A DNA stretch of 64,000 bases, from the NCBI GenBank assembly GCA_951406725.2, contig OX597822.1, positions 119,102,001-119,166,000 of the forward strand, in the 5' to 3' direction. The position numbers and the translations under genes were made by a program. Shown one piece after another: positions 56,300-64,000 of the stretch (within the stretch, counting starts at the first letter, position 1; the number at the start of each line of letters is the position of its first letter). Source of the DNA: Octopus vulgaris. Its lineage: Eukaryota. The notes under the pieces were generated by a model, which saw only the letters and a list, made by a program, of their open reading frames with translations, was not told where the DNA came from and did no database searches.

Positions 56300-56700
56300 C
56301 TTAGATATCAAGGAGTGATGTTTGTAGAGGCCACAGCCCATGGAGAATTAGCCCAAATATTTAGGAAAGCTCTGAAGGAGGCCAAACTCAACATTAAGAC
56401 CATTGAAAAGCCAGGGAGTTCTATCAGATCAGAATTATGTAGGACGTACCCGCATGCATCAATGAGAACTGCAGGGTATATAAGATTAACCGTGGCATTA
56501 ACTGTAGAAGTAGAAATGTAGTCTACAGCATAAGGTGCATAGAGGGTGCTTGTAAAGACAAGAGCATGACATACACTGGTGAGACATCTAGAAACATTGC
56601 AGGAAGACTAAATGATCATTTAAGAAAATATGACAACAAAAAACAGTCCTCCATACTCTTCCAACATGCCAAAGATCAACATAGAGGCACACTGGGTCAA
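56300..56700 (+). mobile_element. Penelope-like element fragment: linker plus GIY-YIG endonuclease, different lineage from 15230
   Basis: VMFVEATAHGELA...KTIEKPGSSIRSEL; after a frameshift NCRSRNVVYSIRC...YTGETSRNIAGRLNDH...SILFQHAKDQH. Confidence 0.8.
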
Positions 56701-57239
56701 CGCGACATCTGCATTGAGTACGTCCTCATAAATTAAGCATCCTCAATACTAAATAGGAGATACACATAGTAGGTAGTGATACCCGATACACACAGTTTAT
56801 ACATATGCAGATTTGTTAGTAAGTTGTTATGTAGACGTATATAAGTAGGTAAATGGATATGTAAGTAACCTGATAGATAAATAGACAGGTACATAGGTAA
56901 TACGGACAAAGAAGCACACACACACACATACACAAAAGAAGATTGAAACACACGACCATGGGCACACACGCACACTTCACACGCATAAACAAGGATACAT
57001 ATGGAGACAGACATCCATGCATAACAGACGCACGTACATAGTCACACAAACCGATACACATAGACACACTCAAACAAGACAGAGGTACTCACACAAATAC
57101 ACACACGCACAAACACATGAATATGCAGAATACATACATACAAACGCACACACACGCGTACATATATATATGCATACACACACGCGCATACATACATACA
57201 CATGCACACTGACGCACACACATGCGCACAAACAAACAA

Positions 57240-57838
57240 CAAAAGGAATGCAACTCCAATAACGGACAGAGTCAACGATTATTGAAGACATTGCATACAC
57301 GAAGAAGATAGCCTCTGTGCAGCATATAAGCTACTGGGAAAGACTCAAGAGATTAAGACTCTATTCCTTAGAGCGTAGGCGAGAAAGATATGCCATAATA
57401 TACATCTGGAAGATCCTAGAAGGACTTGACCCAAACTTTGGCATCGAGAGTTACACAAATGCCAGAACTGGGCGCCACTGCACAGTGCCAAGGACTCCAA
57501 ATTTGCCATCAAGATGTAGGACAAGATACTGTGATAGCCTGGGCTTCAGAGGCCCACAGCTCTTCAATATCCTCCCGAAGAACCTGAGAGACCTGCATGG
57601 GGTAGATGCAGATGTCTTTAAAATAAAACTGGATCTCTTCTTGTCAGGTATCCCAGATGAACCAACTTCACGGCAGGAGGTGCGGATGAGGGCAGCTGCA
57701 TCGAACTCTCTCATGCACCAAATGGCAATTGCTAAAAAGCATTCGTGAAGTAAAATCATGTAGCTACACCAAATGGCGGTGCCCCAGCATGGCCACAGCT
57801 CGTGAGCTGAAACTAGATAAAATAAAATAAAATAAAAA
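57240..57838 (+). mobile_element. CR1-clade LINE 3' end with 3'UTR and (TAAAA)n tail
   Basis: SYWERLKRLRLYSLERRRERY..IYIWKIL...RGPQLFNILP...FKIKLDLFLSGIPDEP. Confidence 0.88.
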
Positions 57839-57929
57839 TGAAATCGAACCGGTGAGTGTGTTAATTAATAAGGTATTAAAACAGAATGGCTTTCCCCAGA
57901 CACAATAATATATATGTATATATATACGT

Positions 57930-58186
57930 AAATGTCGAACAACGAGAATGAGTACTCAACACTGCATTGGTAGATAAAATTTCTTTATTTGTGTATTAAG
58001 GCTACCATTGGTTTCATGTTAAGAAAAATATCTTAAAATCTTTTCAAACCAATCACATGTTCACCTCCCATCCAAAATGGAGATGAACACCATTCCTACA
58101 TGTGATCGGCTTGAAGAATTGTTAAGATATTAAGATATTTTTCTTAACATGAAACCAATGGTAGCCTTAATACACAAATAAAGAAA
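57930..58186. mobile_element. Fold-back PLE-like remnant with two variant-core hammerheads
   Basis: Arms ~57980-58058 and ~58099-58186. Plus 58108-58166: ggc TTGAAGA ..tgttaaga...tcttaacat GAAA cca-a-tgg TA gcc; minus 58000-58050 has core TTGAAAA. (TA)n on both sides. Confidence 0.7.
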
Positions 58187-60249
58187 TATATATATATATA
58201 ATCAAAATAAGCAACAAGGATATCCAAGGTAGTGTAGTACAATTGTTTCATGCTACAATATATATATGAAGTATAAGGAAAGGAAGAAATTGTAGGTGTA
58301 GACGATTTTATACCACAATCATACCTTATAAATTGGCGTGTTATGCTTGAGTGTTTTCTGTTCACATTAACCATGAACAAAGATATAAAATAGGGTCTTA
58401 CGTTCAATATTATCTAACATCCCTGGGATTCTCAGTTGTTATTAAGTAAAAAAAAAAAGGGGTGGGGTATCTTTGTTTGAGCAAATTTACTACATGAAGG
58501 AAGATGATTGAATTCTAAGAAACAACCCTTTTGACTAGCTGAAAGAACACATTAAAAGATGTGCTTTTATCATTCAATCAACATTCTAATTGTGGCTTTA
58601 ACGTCATTTTATGAAATATGCTCGTGTTAGAAAATATTGTTTGAAATTTGATTCCTCCAAAAGAAGAGATATTTACAGATTAACAATTGTACAAACTGAG
58701 TAAAAAAGAATAAATAATGGCCTGTAGATTTGTATCAACTGACAGCTGGGTGCTCTCACTCTGCACTCATTATCTGGCAGTAAAGCAGAATAACGAAGAT
58801 TATCTAAAAGCGAAAACAGAATAGTTTTGGTTTGCAGTGCCAAAATCAAATCAGAAATTAATAGTCATGAGTATTTGGAAGGGGTTCATCATTTAAAGCC
58901 ACTTTTCATACTGCTATACATGGACTGAATGGGACGCCACAGTCTGAATTTAGGGTTATTGCCATCTTTGATGGTTCAGAAGATCACATTTCACTTATAG
59001 GTTGCGTTTTGTTGTTGTTGTTGTTGTTGCTTGGTTTCTATAGCCAAATGCCTTTCCTTACACCAGTATACCTTTGAAGGTATGTTTTTATAGGCAGACA
59101 AGCACTAAAATGTTTCTCATTTCCCTGTCAAGACGACAGAATCCTCCCTTCGATGTCCCTCTTCACCAATAACTTCAATGAATGCACAGGTCGTATTGTT
59201 TCGTGGTACAAGCACAAACAAAAAGAAATAGTCATTGATATTTTTAGACAAGTGTAAAAAAAAGTCGTTCAAATACACAATTTTTTATTTATTTATTTTT
59301 CTATCGATTCAGATTGTTTGTTGCAATTGTAGTAGTCATGTTTGAGCTGTCATTATTTCCAATCACCTCCCGTCGAAATCGATATTGTACCAAACAAACT
59401 CCCGTAACTTTCAAATCGTCCGCTAACATCAAATCGTACTTATTGTAACAAGTAACCGTTTACAAAAGCCACATTTTCGAATAGATTCGTTTCATATTGT
59501 ACAGGTTGATCGAATCTATGCTTGAATAACTCTATGAAACCCCGACTCAATTCTTCCGTCTATCATTTGTCGATGTAACCATTCACCCTTGCATTTTCAT
59601 TTTCACTTTGAGCATTTTCAAATCATATGACGAACCAACTTTGAAATGTTTGCTTTTGTTATTCTCGTTAAGTCAACACAAACAACTGACACAGCTGGGG
59701 AGGCAGTTTACCTTTTAATTCAATTTAAAGTTATTGAAATTGTGATGATGCAAGAATTCCCAAGATAGCAGAATCAGATATTTCGCAGACAGTAAAAACT
59801 TCTGTCGCTAGGTAACAATTGTTTCAATGTTTACATATTTTTTTCTCAGTTGTATTAAGCTTGTTTCCATCAATAAACCTCGCCCTTTGAGATGATTTTG
59901 AAATATGATGTAATATTAAGTGCTTTCATAATATCTTCCCGGATGAAAAACAACTCACTATCGCTATCAATCGTTGGGTGAGTCCATTAACAGAACTAAA
60001 AAGAAATTTCTGATGATTTATTTGCCAGGGGTGATATTGCTGATACTATTTAATAGAATTTATTTCTTTGTCAATTTTTTTCATATGTAACATTGGTTTT
60101 CAACAAATCTTTGCTGAAAACTCTATCATTAAGATGTCGTTTATCAACAACATGGCACGGTAGTGATTCGAACCCCAACCACAAGATATCCAGAGTATGA
60201 ACCGCTACAGTTCCACGTGATTGATAATCCGAGCGTTCCAATGTGAACT

Positions 60250-61580
60250 TGGAGTAACAACGACGGATCCTTCAGGTCTTACATAGATAGGATTATAGTT
60301 AATTCTAGAGATAAGTTTAGTTTTATCTGTCCACAATTTACCTATGTCTCCTATACGGATCACAAATTAGTGACGTGTAGGATGCATATAGATAAGTTAC
60401 AAAGACAGGGATCTGGTTACTGGAAGTTGAACAAATCCCTTTTGGCTTGCGAAACTTATCGGAGTCAGATTAATTAGTAATGAGGACAATAACCGGTGGT
60501 GGTGTGCCCTAAAACGAGCCTTAAAAATTGAGTCAATTAGATTTAGTAAACAGTTAAGTTTAGAACAGGCTAGAGTAGAAGGGAAGTTAGTTAAGGATTC
60601 AGAAAAGGCGCTTAGAGTGGGCTCTGCACCCCAAGTTTTGGCGGCGAGATCGGTCTTGGACCGACACCTCAATTCCAAACACGAAGGATGCAGGGTTCAG
60701 GCTAAAGTACGTGCATTGGGCCTCGAGGGTATCAACATTGCCGGGTGGGCTCGCTCGGTAGAAACCCAATGTGGCATTGAAGCTACGATAAGGTCTTTGG
60801 TCGATGAAAATGGACAGGAGATCCAAGACAGGAAGAGATGTGTAAGGTCTTTTACGAGCACCTCACCGCGTTGTTCGGGAGCGACGGGGCGCTGGACCAT
60901 GAGAGTGCCCTGCGGGACTTCCTAGTCCGTGGCCCGCGTATCTCGGCGCGTGAGGCTGGGCACTATGAAGGGCTGATCACAGCCGCGGGGGTTATAAAAG
61001 ATGCTTTCCGAGTGCCCCGTGGACAATTCGCCGGGATTGGATGGTCTACTGTACAAATTCTATAAAAGTATGCCAGACTTGTTCGGGAACATACTGGCCG
61101 GTGTATACGCGAATTGGCAGCAGAATGGGAGAATTCCCAAATCTATGAGCCGGGGAGTAGTAACACTGATCAGGAAGGACCCGAACAAGGGGGATAACAT
61201 TAATTATTTCCGGCTCATAACCCTGCTAAACACAGAGTTAAAGATTTTGGCCAAGGTGCTAGCTAAGAGAGTGAGGCTTGTCGTGCGCGACCTGGTGGGA
61301 GAGTCGCAGACATGCGCTATCCCAGGAAGGACGATATGCGACAACCTTCACCTCATTCGCTACACCATAGATCGGGTTAGTAAAGTTCCTGGCAAGGGTG
61401 GAGCACTAGTGAATTTGGACCAGACTAAGGCATTCGATATGGTTGACCATCGGTATCTGGCGACGGTCCTTCGGGCGGTCAGACTGGGCCCAACTTTCCG
61501 TAGCTGGATCCAAACTATGTATAGCGATATCGAATCCGTTGTCCGGATGAACGGTTTCTTCTCGAAAGATCTGAATATCT
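60250..61580 (+). mobile_element. L1/Tx1-clade LINE fragment (end of APE endonuclease, start of RT), frameshifted
   Basis: SYIDRI...TDHKLV...GSGYWKLNKSLL; SPGLDGL, FRLITLLNTELKILAKVLAKR, QTCAIPGRTICDNL, LDQTKAFDMVDH. Confidence 0.9.
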
Positions 61581-62023
61581 TTCACCAGTGAACGAAAAAC
61601 TGCTACTCCTCCATCCCAGACTGGTCAACAGAAGAAGGCCAATCATTCTTCTTGACAATACTCGACCACATGTTTCACTAATGATGCTCCAGAAGTTGAC
61701 AGAACTTGGCTACGAAGTTCTTCCCACCAAGCTTATGCCATAGATCTTTCTCCTACCGACTACCACTTTTTCAAGCACCTTGATGGTTTCCTGCGAGAGA
61801 AGGATTTCAAAATCAAACCGATGCTGAAAGTTCATTCAAAGGGTTCATCAGTTCCAGAACTCCAGATTCTTATGTTACTGGAATAAACAAACTTGTAACC
61901 CGTTGGCAAGAATGTGTTGATTGTAATGGTACTTATTTTGATGAATAAAACGTCCGCATTGTTGAAATATATTGTGATGAATTTCATATTTCAAAACGTT
62001 GCTTACTTTTTGCACAGCCTGAT
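61580..62023 (+). mobile_element. Mariner transposase 3' fragment with right TIR
   Basis: PRLVNRRRPIILLDNTRPH...DLSPTDYHFFKHL...GINKLVTRWQECVDCNGTYFDE*; ends ttactttttgcacagcctgata. Confidence 0.85.
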
Positions 62024-62907
62024 AGTTATTGTACCAATAATTGGCTGGAAATTAATGAGTTATAACCAAGCTCTTCCAGATTTAGTTCGCTAATAATTTA
62101 GCCCCTTTAATGTTCAAAACCGTGTCAGGTGATTAGCAACTTCTTAGATAGCCGCATACATCCTGAGAGTCAATATTGTCGACTTAACCAACTCCTAGTC
62201 TATAAGTATTAGCCTAAACTGAAACTGATTTCATTCCACGATTGACCATAAGCATTCGCTATAACGTTGATAGTGGACTCACATTTAGAATGTAGAAACA
62301 TCATCATACAACACGAAGGTCTTCTCAGGTTTATGAGACAAGAAAATGTTATGGCAAACTGTATTTTGATCGATTTCCGTGTGTGTAGCCTTTGGTAAAA
62401 GGCGCCTCTAATAAACTCTTCTGTAGATGAAATAAGAATTTTACAACATTTCGATATTTGTCTGCAACGCCGAAATCATACAACGAATATAGTTTTATTC
62501 GTTCATGAGTATATTTTTACTGATACAAATTTAGATACAATAAACATTTTTTTTTGTTTTTCTTGTCTGGTGTGTAATGTAATTTCCACTCTATTCTTTC
62601 CTAATTCATGCCGCTCTATTTCATCAAAGCAACCAGCTTCCGTATCGCCACAGACTTAAAAATGATTCCCATTTATCGTTCTTATCAAGCTTCGTTAAGT
62701 CTATAATAACTTTCAAATTGAATAATAAATTTACCAAAGACCTCGGCAGAATTATCATTTCTTACAGGAAAGTTTGATTTTTATCGATGGCAGTCGTTTA
62801 GCGCCAACTCAGCACTGATGGAGCAAACCTACGGATCAAGCCGTAACCATTAGTCTTTTCCCGCCTTTTTTTAGAACTGTATAACCTAGTAGGGTTTTGT
62901 ATGAAGT

Positions 62908-63476
62908 ATTGGGTTGTCCGAAAAGTTCATGCCGATTTTTAAAAGAAAGCAAAAGGTCAATAAATACTTGCCATCGCATTTTTAATCAACCAAATATGAA
63001 CCATTTCGTTGCACAATACGTCTCCATCTTTCCTTTAACTTGAAAATACCCTCTTCCCAGAATTGAGGTGCTTTCAAGGCAAATAATTCATCAAAGTATC
63101 TTTTTACGTCATCCAAGGAATTGAAACTTTTACCATTAAGACTATGCTGCAGAGACCTGAATAAGTGGAAATCCGAAGGAGCAATATCTGGGGAATAGGG
63201 AGGGTGGGGGTAACACATCCCAACCGAGCTGAAGCAATTTTTGTCTGGTTCCCAAAGCATCAAGTGCTGGAAATGAACTTTCTTATCTTCCACTTTAAAG
63301 GGTTACAAAATTAACACAGGTTCTAGGAACATAAACCTTCTTCCACGAAAAGATAGCTTAAACTGTGCTCTAAATGGAGGTGTAATCAAATCCTATTTTA
63401 AGGACTCAACCATGTTCTAAAATAAGTCGAAAGTTAAGCTACTATAAATCGGCACAAAATTTCCGGACAACCCAAT
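62908..63476 (-). mobile_element. Internally deleted mariner element with TIRs and TA target
   Basis: TIRs ta-ttgggttgtccgaaaagttcatgccgattt / aaatcggcacaaaatttccggacaacccaa-ta; HPPYSPDIAPSDFHLFRSL...GIFKLKERWRR. Confidence 0.9.
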
Positions 63477-64000
63477 ATATTTAGCTCTTATTTCTTGCGT
63501 ATAGTCTTCCTTCGCTGCATCATAAACTATTGACTAAAGTGGCAAAGGTTGAAAAGTATCAAAATCTTTATCACTGTAATCATCAGGTTCAGTCAAAGGT
63601 TCCCTTAACCTTAAATACGAAGTTAATATGATTATTCCAAAGAATACGCCAGCTTTACTATGGTGCAGAAAGACTTTATCCTTTTGCCTTTCATCCATCC
63701 AGATGAGAAATTATTCTCCCTTGGACACACCGATAGTCTATTGCTGGCAACATTCATATTTCCAAACAGCAAATGTATCGAGCTTTTATGTACAATAAGG
63801 TTTCAGCTGCAGATTTGAGCTCAGAACATTTGGCCAGATTGTGTAATCAATACTTATCCTCACAACTTCTCGTTTCGACTAATTAACGAGGTGAATTGAG
63901 AACAAAAAAATAGCTTTGAGAGAGAGAGAGAGAAAAAAATCTATTGCTATCATTAGCGACAAAACCTGAATTATAGAAAAAGAAGAAGAAAGAAGAAATC

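Overview
Eukaryotic, AT-rich, microsatellite- and retroposon-dense genomic DNA. The SINE families and (CATA)n/(TA)n/(ATC)n landscape look like an Octopus (coleoid cephalopod) genome; this is an inference from repeat recognition, not a database result. The one well-supported host coding segment is a minus-strand first coding exon of a TGF-beta-superfamily precursor (7477-7852). There are also a CpG-rich candidate promoter/first exon at ~37.9-38.5 kb and a candidate plus-strand exon at 54.6 kb. The rest is decayed mobile DNA: three Penelope-like element (PLE) coding remnants, Tc1/mariner fossils, CR1, RTE, R4-like and L1/Tx1 LINE fragments, a small non-autonomous Gypsy element, four or five SINE families and a 5.2 kb (CATA)n array. 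The main hidden signal is about a dozen type I hammerhead-ribozyme motifs from roughly eight unrelated sequence families. Several have intact cores and some carry core variants (U4C, U3-A8/U3-G8, U10.1-U11.1). Many lie in short fold-back PLE terminal-repeat remnants inserted in (TA)n tracts. All very long ORFs in the ORF track are microsatellite artefacts.
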